From: a virus
Lineage: Duplodnaviria; Caudoviricetes
DNA length: 36,098 nucleotides
IMG/VR virus record: IMGVR_UViG_3300020368_000002
Span: 1-36,098 of that record
Strand: one strand, 5' to 3'
Each line of letters starts with the position of its first letter. The first letter of the stretch is position 1. Of this stretch, positions 19,760 to 27,317 are shown piece by piece. The notes beneath the pieces were generated by a model. That model did not search any database. It was not told the DNA's origin and worked only from the letters and a program-made list of their open reading frames with translations. Made by a program: the position numbers and the translations under genes.

Positions 19760-20505
19760 TATGCGAATACCATTCCGAAGAAATAGACGTTTGAGTTGCT
19801 GTTAAGATTTGGCCTTTCAATCGTAAATCTGCCTCTTTGCTTTAGCCCGCCCTCAAAGTCCGATCCAAACAATCGATCACTGTTATGCATGCAGCAATAC
19901 TCAAGCGGCCCAACTACTGTGCCTCTCAGTTTTCTGCTTCTGATAAGCACGGTGTAGTTAGTGTTTGGAAGCGGTTCGTCAAAAACCATTTGGAAATACT
20001 TGGGTGCAAAGGTGAATATTCCGTTTTGAGCTTGCGCTCCGAACGGGAAATAAGTCAGCCTGCCGTTGTCTTTCACACTTTCAGGGTCGTCACTTGCCTG
20101 AAAGCCATATCGGGGGTTGAGAGAGTCTGATACGCCACCGCCAAATTTAACTCCAACCAAGCCTTGTTGAATGACTTCATTACCATTCCATGCATAGCAA
20201 AAGTAAGCGTACGGTTGTTTGGCTATATCGCTGCTTCCCGAGATCAGAATGTTGTCGGTAGCGAAGTTGAAGCATTGCGCATTAGACATGTTCAAAGATG
20301 GTGCAGTCAACGTGTCGTCTGGACCATCACACACAAAACCCGCATCAGAATCCACATCGCCAGCACTTGCAGACATTGTGTTTGTCTCAAGATTAATGCA
20401 AGAAAGATTTGTGGTACTAAGGCTTGTCGTCGTGATCGGAGATCCAACGGTGCTTGCACCTGTGCCGTTTGCTGCCTTTATCGCGTTAACGCTAATTTGT
20501 GTCAT
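19759..20505 (-). CDS. Short tail fibre-like protein 2
   Basis: MTQISVNAI start; PYAYFCY...FDEPLPNTNYTVL C-terminal domain related to its neighbours. Confidence 0.6.
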   Translation of the reverse strand: MTQISVNAIKAANGTGASTVGSPITTTSLSTTNLSCINLETNTMSASAGDVDSDAGFVCDGPDDTLTAPSLNMSNAQCFNFATDNILISGSSDIAKQPYAYFCYAWNGNEVIQQGLVGVKFGGGVSDSLNPRYGFQASDDPESVKDNGRLTYFPFGAQAQNGIFTFAPKYFQMVFDEPLPNTNYTVLIRSRKLRGTVVGPLEYCCMHNSDRLFGSDFEGGLKQRGRFTIERPNLNSNSNVYFFGMVFA

Positions 20506-21095
20506 TAGGAAGCCTCAAAGACCACACAGTCAAATTCATCTTGGTTACCCAAACCCTTTGCTTCGAGAATGAAGCCACTGTTGATTTTAGTTATGAGCAA
20601 CACATAGTCAGTTGTCCCGGTTCCGCTGACGCTTGTAAACACCAGGTAGTTGTCATCGCCAGTAGGTCGAGGGGTTTCAAACAAGAAGGTGTATCGAAAA
20701 ATTCCCGAGGACTGTTGAACTGGCGCGGGCGGTGTAGAGTTGATGTTGTACCGAGCAAGAAAGGTCAGCGTATCATTCGATGCAACGTCCACTGAAAAGA
20801 AGGCATACGCCCCGGAACTGGAAAACGTCGTTCCGCCAACAGTTAGGTTAGTGACATCAAGGTTTGTGCAATTCACATTGGTGATGTTTGCAGTCGTCAA
20901 AGACGTAGTGCCACTGCTTTGCAGCGTGCTTGCCGTGACTCCCCCAGTTACTGTTACGTTGCCAGAAGCAGTCACGTTGCCGCTAACAGCAGCGTTGCCG
21001 TTGACCGTTGCGTTGCCTGTGACAAACATGCCAGTCGGGAAATTGACTGATGCTGTTGTCAGCGAGGTAATCGTGTCAGCCCTCAGCTCCGACAT
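20505..21095 (-). CDS. Short tail fibre-like protein 1
   Basis: MSELRADTI start, VxGN-type repeats (VTGNATVNGNAAVSGNVTASGNVTVTG), AYAFF...FETPRP...NYLV C-terminal domain. Confidence 0.65.
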   Translation of the reverse strand: MSELRADTITSLTTASVNFPTGMFVTGNATVNGNAAVSGNVTASGNVTVTGGVTASTLQSSGTTSLTTANITNVNCTNLDVTNLTVGGTTFSSSGAYAFFSVDVASNDTLTFLARYNINSTPPAPVQQSSGIFRYTFLFETPRPTGDDNYLVFTSVSGTGTTDYVLLITKINSGFILEAKGLGNQDEFDCVVFEAS

Positions 21096-21588
21096 CGTCG
21101 CCCTCTTCTTCGACGTTTAGAAACGCCTGGCCTTCACCGAAGCCCTGCTCCCAAGCAGCTTCGATTTGCTTCTTGGTTCCTGGCTTGCGAACGAAGATAC
21201 CGGCGAGCATTGATACACCGCCGACAATCACCGCACCACCAGGTACGGTTTGCATTGGCCCGTTCAGGGCGCTGAGTCCCATGTCGGTCAGGCTGTTGAT
21301 CAAGATCAACGTGGACCGACCCTCTTCGATCTCAGCCGCAAACCGCTCGGAGTTGAGCTTGATGTGGCTGGACCACTCGTTCCATGCGTAGCCGGCATCG
21401 GCCAGAGAGATCTGGCTTTCCACACCAATGGCCTTTTGCACTGCCGGCGGAGTCTTGATCTGGATCAGGTCATCTGCCTTGCATCCGCTCAGGGTGGCCA
21501 GCAGCATCACGACCGCCAGCACAATCACGATGGTGATGGTAGCGGTCTTGTTGTCCTTCACGAACTCTTTGATGTATTCCTTAATCAC
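21076..21588 (-). CDS. Membrane lipoprotein, candidate spanin
   Basis: Hydrophobic N-terminal segment ending in lipobox LSGC; second hydrophobic segment near the C-terminus followed by RKPGTKK. Confidence 0.55.
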   Translation of the reverse strand: MIKEYIKEFVKDNKTATITIVIVLAVVMLLATLSGCKADDLIQIKTPPAVQKAIGVESQISLADAGYAWNEWSSHIKLNSERFAAEIEEGRSTLILINSLTDMGLSALNGPMQTVPGGAVIVGGVSMLAGIFVRKPGTKKQIEAAWEQGFGEGQAFLNVEEEGDDVGAEG

Positions 21589-22079
21589 AGGAGGCCCACC
21601 GTTGCGAATCGTGCCGAGCCGCCAAAGGTCAGCCCAGCGTCACTCATCGTTAGCACCAGGTACTCAGCACCTTGGAGGTCGATAGTCAGCGTGGCGATTT
21701 CGTTGGTTCCGTTGCTGATTCGAGTACTGGAGTCTCCCTCTTCTTTGGCAAAGGTGTCTACAAAGTCTTCATTCTCAGTCAGCACGCCACTGGACACGCC
21801 AGTCTTTGTGCCGAAGGTGCAGAGGAACTTACCAATGAAGTGAGGAACGTATGTGGTGGTTGAACCAGAAGTAAGTGTGTTGACCCCAAAGGCGTACAAA
21901 CGGATCTGGTCGTTGTCTGCTGTACCAGTCGCAGCCACGCTTACCTTGGCCAGATTTGCGTAAGAGCATGAAAGGCCAGACTGGCTGTTGCTCACGCCGA
22001 CAGTTGTGGCATTAGTAAAGGTGCTGGGGTAAAGCACCGCTTTGGCTTTTTCAGTTAGAAGAAGTTGTGAAGTTGGCAT
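21585..22079 (-). CDS. Hypothetical protein, probably structural
   Basis: 164 aa, T/S/G-rich beta composition, lies in the structural operon. Confidence 0.6.
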   Translation of the reverse strand: MPTSQLLLTEKAKAVLYPSTFTNATTVGVSNSQSGLSCSYANLAKVSVAATGTADNDQIRLYAFGVNTLTSGSTTTYVPHFIGKFLCTFGTKTGVSSGVLTENEDFVDTFAKEEGDSSTRISNGTNEIATLTIDLQGAEYLVLTMSDAGLTFGGSARFATVGLL

Positions 22080-22278
22080 TTTGAATTTGGTCCTGCTTGT
22101 CTTCGATTCGGTTGATTCGTTCGATGACCATCTCCTGACGTGTCATGATGACACTCAGTTGTCGGTCATGATGTATGTACACCGCGAACAACGATCCAAG
22201 AATGGTCATGATTGATGCGAGGATGCCGCACCAATCTTTTGCGCTCAGTGAAACTGTACGGTCTGAATTGACGGTCAT
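22051..22278 (-). CDS. Small single-TM protein, holin-like
   Basis: Likely start MTVNSD at 22278; one TM helix (WCGILASIMTILGSLFAVYI) followed by a coiled-coil tail. Confidence 0.55.
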   Translation of the reverse strand: MTVNSDRTVSLSAKDWCGILASIMTILGSLFAVYIHHDRQLSVIMTRQEMVIERINRIEDKQDQIQNANFTTSSN

Positions 22279-22295
22279 GACGATACCCAAAGCCC

Positions 22296-22335
22296 CCACC
22301 ATCCTCTCGGCCCCGAAGGACCGAGAGGTGGCTGG
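22296..22335 (-). terminator. Stable UUCG hairpin after the capsid gene (attenuator/processing or T-phi-like site)
   Basis: Minus strand CCTCTCGGTCC-TTCG-GGGCCGAGAGG; no long U-tract follows. Confidence 0.55.
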
Positions 22336-22357
22336 AGGAGAAGAGAAAGGAGAAGGA

Positions 22358-23545
22358 TTACGATCGGGCCATGTTGATGACGCCGGAACAGAACGGAGCC
22401 AACACATCGAAGCCAACGTGCATTTGAGCCTTCATGAACTTCACGTTACGACGCTCGTCATCTTCAATGACAGTCCGCATACCGGAGGCTTGCACCATGC
22501 CGATAGCGGGCTGACCCATGCCTGCACCGCAAAGTGCAATAGCAGCAGGTCGCTTTTGGCCGGCCGCAGTAAGACCACACTCGAAGTCGTACTTGCTGAA
22601 TTCAGTGTCAATGAATTCGTAACGTCTGTTGGTCGTTCCAGTCCAATCACCAGGAAGGTTATTGGTCAAGATCAACTGGAAGCCTTCAAGCACGCCGATG
22701 GTTCGGGTGTTGAGGGTTCCTGCAACAGATCCGTCGTTGAAGTCACGATTGAAGATGTCTTGTTCGTGACGCAAGATTGAACGGATGTAAGGAGGAATGA
22801 ACAAGAATCGACCTTCTTGCGGAACGTTGTCTTCGTCAAACTGACGAGCCAAAGTGGCAACGTCGTTTCTGAACGCAGTCGAACCACCAGAACTGTCGGC
22901 AAAGAACGAGGCAATACCACTACCGCCGGAAACCGTATTTTCAACAACTTGACCGCCCGGCATCACACCAGCAATAGCAGCGGTGGTAGCAGCCTTGAGG
23001 GCAATCGCCGCAATCTTGCGGTCGAGGTCAGTTGCAAGTGAACGACCCAGCTTCTGGCTGAACGGGGTCAGCACGTCAAAGTGGGTGAGGTCCAGGTCGG
23101 CAAATGGCACGTCAATCGCAGCCACAAGAACGTCGTCCACGCGGACAGTCTTCTCGGACATCTTGATTTTCTTACCAGTGATGAAGTCGCCTGGGTTGTG
23201 GTAGCCAGCCTTGAGGCCACCTTCAGAGGCAACGTCGTCTGCGTCAGTGAAGGGGCCGTCAGTGGTGTCTGCATTGTCTTCAAGCGCGTTGAAGAGATCA
23301 ATGTCATCACCGATGACTGGGAACTGAGCGACGTGTCCGCCGTCAAGTTGACGCTGTGCGATGAACTCGCCCATGCGATCGTAGAAGACGGAGTTGGTGT
23401 AGAACTGCTCAAGCGTTGTGCCTGAGAAAATCTTCAGTGCAAGCGCACGGCTGTCAGCACCGAATTTATCGGAGAGGGTGCGAGTAGCGCCGAATGGGAC
23501 TGCGGTTGGTCCTGCGCCTGCACCTGAAGGGAGATCGAGAGTCAT
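22358..23545 (-). CDS. Major capsid protein (T7 gp10-like)
   Basis: ALALKIFSG, AQFPVIG, EKTVRVDDVLV, LGRSLA..D, FDEDNVPQEGRF motifs; AAAAAGGAAAG RBS. Confidence 0.95.
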   Translation of the reverse strand: MTLDLPSGAGAGPTAVPFGATRTLSDKFGADSRALALKIFSGTTLEQFYTNSVFYDRMGEFIAQRQLDGGHVAQFPVIGDDIDLFNALEDNADTTDGPFTDADDVASEGGLKAGYHNPGDFITGKKIKMSEKTVRVDDVLVAAIDVPFADLDLTHFDVLTPFSQKLGRSLATDLDRKIAAIALKAATTAAIAGVMPGGQVVENTVSGGSGIASFFADSSGGSTAFRNDVATLARQFDEDNVPQEGRFLFIPPYIRSILRHEQDIFNRDFNDGSVAGTLNTRTIGVLEGFQLILTNNLPGDWTGTTNRRYEFIDTEFSKYDFECGLTAAGQKRPAAIALCGAGMGQPAIGMVQASGMRTVIEDDERRNVKFMKAQMHVGFDVLAPFCSGVINMARS

Positions 23546-23590
23546 AATGACTTTCCTTTTTGTAAGAGGTGTAAGAGTAGAGGTAACAGT

Positions 23591-23648
23591 CCAAGGTATC
23601 CGTACGCTTCGGGGCGCTTACGCGGTATCCCTAGCCTTACGGGCTTGA
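23591..23648 (-). promoter_or_regulatory. Structured leader upstream of the capsid gene
   Basis: Nested stems CAAG/CTTG, CCGTA/TACGG, GCT/AGC, GGG/CCC, CGC-GTAA-GCG with two GGATACC bulges. Confidence 0.6.
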
Positions 23649-23657
23649 GTTGATTTG

Positions 23658-24038
23658 TTAGAGAGTGCCTTCGTTCACATCCCAGTCGGCATCGTCATCT
23701 TCAGTAGCCGGCGAATCAGGTTGATCCGTTTCCGTTGCTTCATCAGATTGTTGAGCCGCCAGTTTGGACTCCAGATCCTTGATCTTCTCAGTGAGATCTG
23801 CATTGTCCTTGGTGAGGGTCTCTTCTTTGGTTCCCTGCGGCACGAAGGATTCAAGTGCAAGTCGGAATGAATCTTCTTCTGTTGTACCTTTTGCACTGTG
23901 TACCGCCTTTTCAGTTTTGACATCAACCAGCTCGCATACAACGCCACCGGCGTTGGATAGGTGTGCGAACCTAGGTCTCAAGTTGTGCTTCATTTCAAGA
24001 ACGGCAGCACGCTTTATAAGTCTTGGGTCTCGTCTCAT
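23658..24038 (-). CDS. Hypothetical protein with C-terminal coiled coil
   Basis: 126 aa, AGGAG RBS, ATGA-coupled to the scaffold gene. Confidence 0.7.
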   Translation of the reverse strand: MRRDPRLIKRAAVLEMKHNLRPRFAHLSNAGGVVCELVDVKTEKAVHSAKGTTEEDSFRLALESFVPQGTKEETLTKDNADLTEKIKDLESKLAAQQSDEATETDQPDSPATEDDDADWDVNEGTL

Positions 24039-24811
24039 CGATCAACTCCTCTGATGATGTGTTCGGGTGTGTTTGAAAGCCTCTTCAGATATGCGGCATT
24101 GAAGCCATTCTGTCTTGCCTCTGCCGCTGCTTTGACGTACTCATCGACTGTTTCAAATCCAGACATGGTGTTGGGCATTGGCGTGCCTTGCACCAGTTCC
24201 TGGGTCATGCCACTGCCGCTGGCCTGCTTCCAATCAAACATCAACTCTTTGACCGCCGACTCGTACTGACGTGGGTCGGCAAGCCTTTGGTTCAGCGAAT
24301 CAACTTTGTCGGCAGGCAGATTCTGGCCAGCCCAGTTGAATAGGTTCTCCAACTGCTCTTCGCCGCCGGCAATGGTTGACGCACGGCTCTTTGCTTGCTG
24401 GACTTCGTAGCCAGTGTTCTGCGAGATGGCTGCTTGGCCACGCAGGAACTGGTCGACAATCTCTCTGTTGAATCCAACGCCAGACAACTTCTGGTACTGC
24501 TCGTCGGTGAGCTTTCCGTCGTTGACCCAGTTGGTTCCAATCTCCTCTCCGCTGACTCCTGCCTGCTGCATCAAAGCATCCAGCCCAAGTTGGCTGTTGT
24601 CTGGGCGTTCGCCCATCTTCTTCTGCAACTCCAGGTATGACTTCTCGAGATCCTCTGGCGAGTTGAACTTGCCAGCGTATTGCTTTTGATGCTCGACCTC
24701 GACGGACCCAGTGGCTGGCATAGCAGCCTCTTCGACCTGGGCCTCTGCTTTCGGCGCACCGCCTGGCGACTGGATCGAAAGATCCGTGCCTTGAACTTCT
24801 CCTTCAGACAT
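24035..24811 (-). CDS. Capsid scaffolding protein (T7 gp9-like)
   Basis: YAGKFNSPEDLEKSYLELQKKMG, GKLTDEQYQKL, IAGGEEQ...WAGQNL motifs; lies between portal and capsid. Confidence 0.9.
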   Translation of the reverse strand: MSEGEVQGTDLSIQSPGGAPKAEAQVEEAAMPATGSVEVEHQKQYAGKFNSPEDLEKSYLELQKKMGERPDNSQLGLDALMQQAGVSGEEIGTNWVNDGKLTDEQYQKLSGVGFNREIVDQFLRGQAAISQNTGYEVQQAKSRASTIAGGEEQLENLFNWAGQNLPADKVDSLNQRLADPRQYESAVKELMFDWKQASGSGMTQELVQGTPMPNTMSGFETVDEYVKAAAEARQNGFNAAYLKRLSNTPEHIIRGVDR

Positions 24812-26399
24812 TTGGATTCTCCATTTGGCCCATCGCCGCTTCGACGAGGGCTTGACCTCCAGACTGTGCCACCTGTTGGCCGGCAGTCTGCATGATTTGT
24901 TGTTGCTGTTGCTGGGCAGTCTCCTGCTGCATTACCTCTTCGGACTTGACCAGACCAGGTTCGTAGACCCCAGAGTGCCTGACCAAGATGTCGAGCAAGA
25001 GGCTGCGGTCGAATCGCTGCATCATGTCCGGCCCCATCTGTGCGATGGTCTGCAACAGTTGCAGCAGCTTCTGCTGGTCGCCCTCTCGAGACAGGGCCGA
25101 GATGCCGGTCACAGCCTCGACCTCGACCGAGTCTGCCGGCAGGGCTGGCATGACCCCGTCCCGCTCCAGGAGGTGCATCAGACGCTCGACCAGTGGGATC
25201 TGAAGGGCATCTGCTATCGGAGCGTAGACGCCGCCCAGAGCGCCTTCTAGTTCCATTGCGACCCTCTCAACGTGGAGCCGGGAGGCACGTTCATATGTCG
25301 GCAGTTGCTCGGCTTCCATCATCATGACCTTGGACAGGTCACGCGACAGAGATTCCCGCACGTTCTGGACCACGCCGAAGTCGCCGGCACGGTCGGTGCG
25401 GAGGATGCCCACATCGGTGACCTGCCCTCCCTGAACCCTCGCTTGGAATACGGAGCCGGTTGGCAACGCCAGATCCTGGGGTCGGACCTGACTCGAGTAA
25501 TCCAAGGCGAAGAGGTGCTTGGAGCTGAGGGCGGCAAAGTCAAGAAGCCGCTCGGTCAACTCGTTGATGGCACGCACGTCGCCCAGATTCTCCTCAATGA
25601 TTCCTCGACCGTAGTGTCCAGTCGGGGGCAGGGAATACGGGATAGCAAAGTACGGTGAGACCTTCTCCTCGGAGGTCACGATCGTCACATCTTTGACCTG
25701 CTGCTCCACCACCCAGCGTTTGGACATCGGGTTCCACTCGCACTTGGTGTAGAGATCTTGCATCCGGTCGTAGGCCGGAGTGTTCATCTCGGTCTCCAGA
25801 TCCAAGCCAATCATTTCGATCTGCTCGGGAGACAGAGAGAGTGAGTCCACCTGCTCACGGGTGATCATGTACATCACATCACCCGAGGTGCTACGCCGCA
25901 CGACATAGTTGTCCCGGCGGTGGATTCGGATCTGGTACTCATCCGTCATCTGGATCAGCACGTCCCCGGTCACCAGAAGCTGCGAGATAGCAGACCGCAT
26001 CCGAGACCTGAAGCCAGCACGGCGGGCGTTGGTCCCACCATCGCTGTCGTCCTTCTCCAACTTGGCAAGCATGATCATTTCATGGATTCTCAACTTGTCT
26101 TCAAATGATTGGAGCAGGCTGGGGTCCACCTCTGGATCGAACTTAAACTTGGTCGCTGGCTTCAGCCGGAAGAATGGCTGGCCAGTTGGGAACAAAGCCA
26201 AGAGGAGGCGACCCTCCAGGTTGGTGATGCCACGGCTTGCAAGGGCGCTGAAAGCCTGGGGCAAAGTTTCACCATCGTTCCAGCCCTCGGGGGGGAGGAT
26301 GTGAGGCTTGGTCAGTTCGGCACACAAGCGTGCCTTGTCCAGAGAATCACCGCGTTCGCTGTCATCTCGCTCGAACGCAGCACGGATTGATGGAAGCAT
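24804..26399 (-). CDS. Portal / head-tail connector (T7 gp8-like)
   Basis: RGITNLEGRLLLALFP..PFFRL, LLVTGD, YGRGIIEENLGD, ELEGALGGVY, VTGISALSR. Confidence 0.95.
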   Translation of the reverse strand: MLPSIRAAFERDDSERGDSLDKARLCAELTKPHILPPEGWNDGETLPQAFSALASRGITNLEGRLLLALFPTGQPFFRLKPATKFKFDPEVDPSLLQSFEDKLRIHEMIMLAKLEKDDSDGGTNARRAGFRSRMRSAISQLLVTGDVLIQMTDEYQIRIHRRDNYVVRRSTSGDVMYMITREQVDSLSLSPEQIEMIGLDLETEMNTPAYDRMQDLYTKCEWNPMSKRWVVEQQVKDVTIVTSEEKVSPYFAIPYSLPPTGHYGRGIIEENLGDVRAINELTERLLDFAALSSKHLFALDYSSQVRPQDLALPTGSVFQARVQGGQVTDVGILRTDRAGDFGVVQNVRESLSRDLSKVMMMEAEQLPTYERASRLHVERVAMELEGALGGVYAPIADALQIPLVERLMHLLERDGVMPALPADSVEVEAVTGISALSREGDQQKLLQLLQTIAQMGPDMMQRFDRSLLLDILVRHSGVYEPGLVKSEEVMQQETAQQQQQQIMQTAGQQVAQSGGQALVEAAMGQMENPNV

Positions 26400-26400
26400 A

Positions 26401-26580
26401 TCAGTTCGGGTTCACACCAGAACCAGCCCCGTATGTTGGAATTCTGAGGGCAGTTCGTGAGCCTCGACGACGGGTGTCATCGTCCTCGTCCGTCTCTTTG
26501 AACGGGGCAGGCTCGGTGGTTTTCGCTGGCAAAGGTGGGGGTGGAGGTGGCGGTGGAACTTCGATATCAGGTGCGCCCAT
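26401..26580 (-). CDS. Small virion protein (T7 gp6.7/gp7.3-like), not in ORF track
   Basis: Hand translation MGAPDIEVPPPPPPPPLPAKTTEPAPFKETDEDDDTRRRGSRTALRIPTYGAGSGVNPN*; directly precedes the portal gene. Confidence 0.75.
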   Translation of the reverse strand: MGAPDIEVPPPPPPPPLPAKTTEPAPFKETDEDDDTRRRGSRTALRIPTYGAGSGVNPN

Positions 26581-26779
26581 TGCTTTCCCTTTCTAAGAGT
26601 CTTAAGAGTTCGTCGACAACCGACCTCCTGCCGGCGTCAAATATCAGATGATTCGGTTGGTTCAGACAGCCCGGAGTCTGCACAATCGGAGGCTTTACAA
26701 CCTGGTCCAGCTCCCGTATCAGTTGATCCACCGTCAGTGGTAGCCTTGTCGGCAACGAGGATGTTCCAGACATATCCAT
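26567..26779 (-). CDS. Conserved small pre-portal protein
   Basis: GGAG RBS; LIRELD...AGRRSVVDELL pattern typical of this position in T7-like phages. Confidence 0.65.
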   Translation of the reverse strand: MDMSGTSSLPTRLPLTVDQLIRELDQVVKPPIVQTPGCLNQPNHLIFDAGRRSVVDELLRLLERESNGRT

Positions 26780-27317
26780 TCTCCAAAAGCCAAGTGGCCA
26801 GTACTGGGCCAGCCCAAACGTGGGACGGAACTTCGATCCCAGCCCCCTGCTTCATGGCCACATAAATGTTTGTGAGGCAAGTCTTTCCCTGCCAAGCACC
26901 CCAAGTAAACAGGGTTCCGTAGTATCGCACGTTGCTCAGAATAAACTCGAGCCACATAGGACGGCGCTTGAGATTCAACTCGTCGAAAGACCAGCAGCGG
27001 CGTACCGGGATATCAACCCACCCAATGATGTTGGGGTACGCCTTCGCGAACCGCTGCTCATCCATGACGAGTGTCGTCCTGAACTGGTGGTCGACCACCT
27101 GCCCATCGCATGCCATGACGACGTGCCGCATATCACTGTGAAATACCTTGGCAATCACAGAGGATCCAATGCAGCCAAGCAAGACACCTGGTCGTCGCAT
27201 CGTCCAGCGCCAGCCCATGCGGCGAATGAAGTCTCCTAAACCCCAGCCTTTAACGAAGTAAAGCCTGAGCGGTTTTGTTCCATTATCCGGGGAACACTCA
27301 AGAGAAGAAGTAGTCAC
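26637..27317 (-). CDS. Permuted papain-like NlpC/P60 (YiiX/YaeF-type) protein
   Basis: His-before-Cys order: IAKVFHSDMRHVVM ... KTCLTNIYVAMKQGAGI...GPVLATWL; AGGAG upstream. Confidence 0.55.
   Translation of the reverse strand: MTTSSLECSPDNGTKPLRLYFVKGWGLGDFIRRMGWRWTMRRPGVLLGCIGSSVIAKVFHSDMRHVVMACDGQVVDHQFRTTLVMDEQRFAKAYPNIIGWVDIPVRRCWSFDELNLKRRPMWLEFILSNVRYYGTLFTWGAWQGKTCLTNIYVAMKQGAGIEVPSHVWAGPVLATWLLENGYVWNILVADKATTDGGSTDTGAGPGCKASDCADSGLSEPTESSDI

Noticed and set aside
22051-22416. Open alternative frame across the capsid 3' end, suggesting a 10B-like frameshift extension
   Set aside because: It would need a +1 shift, no slippery site was seen, and the extra sequence crosses a hairpin; better explained as a separate gene starting at 22278.
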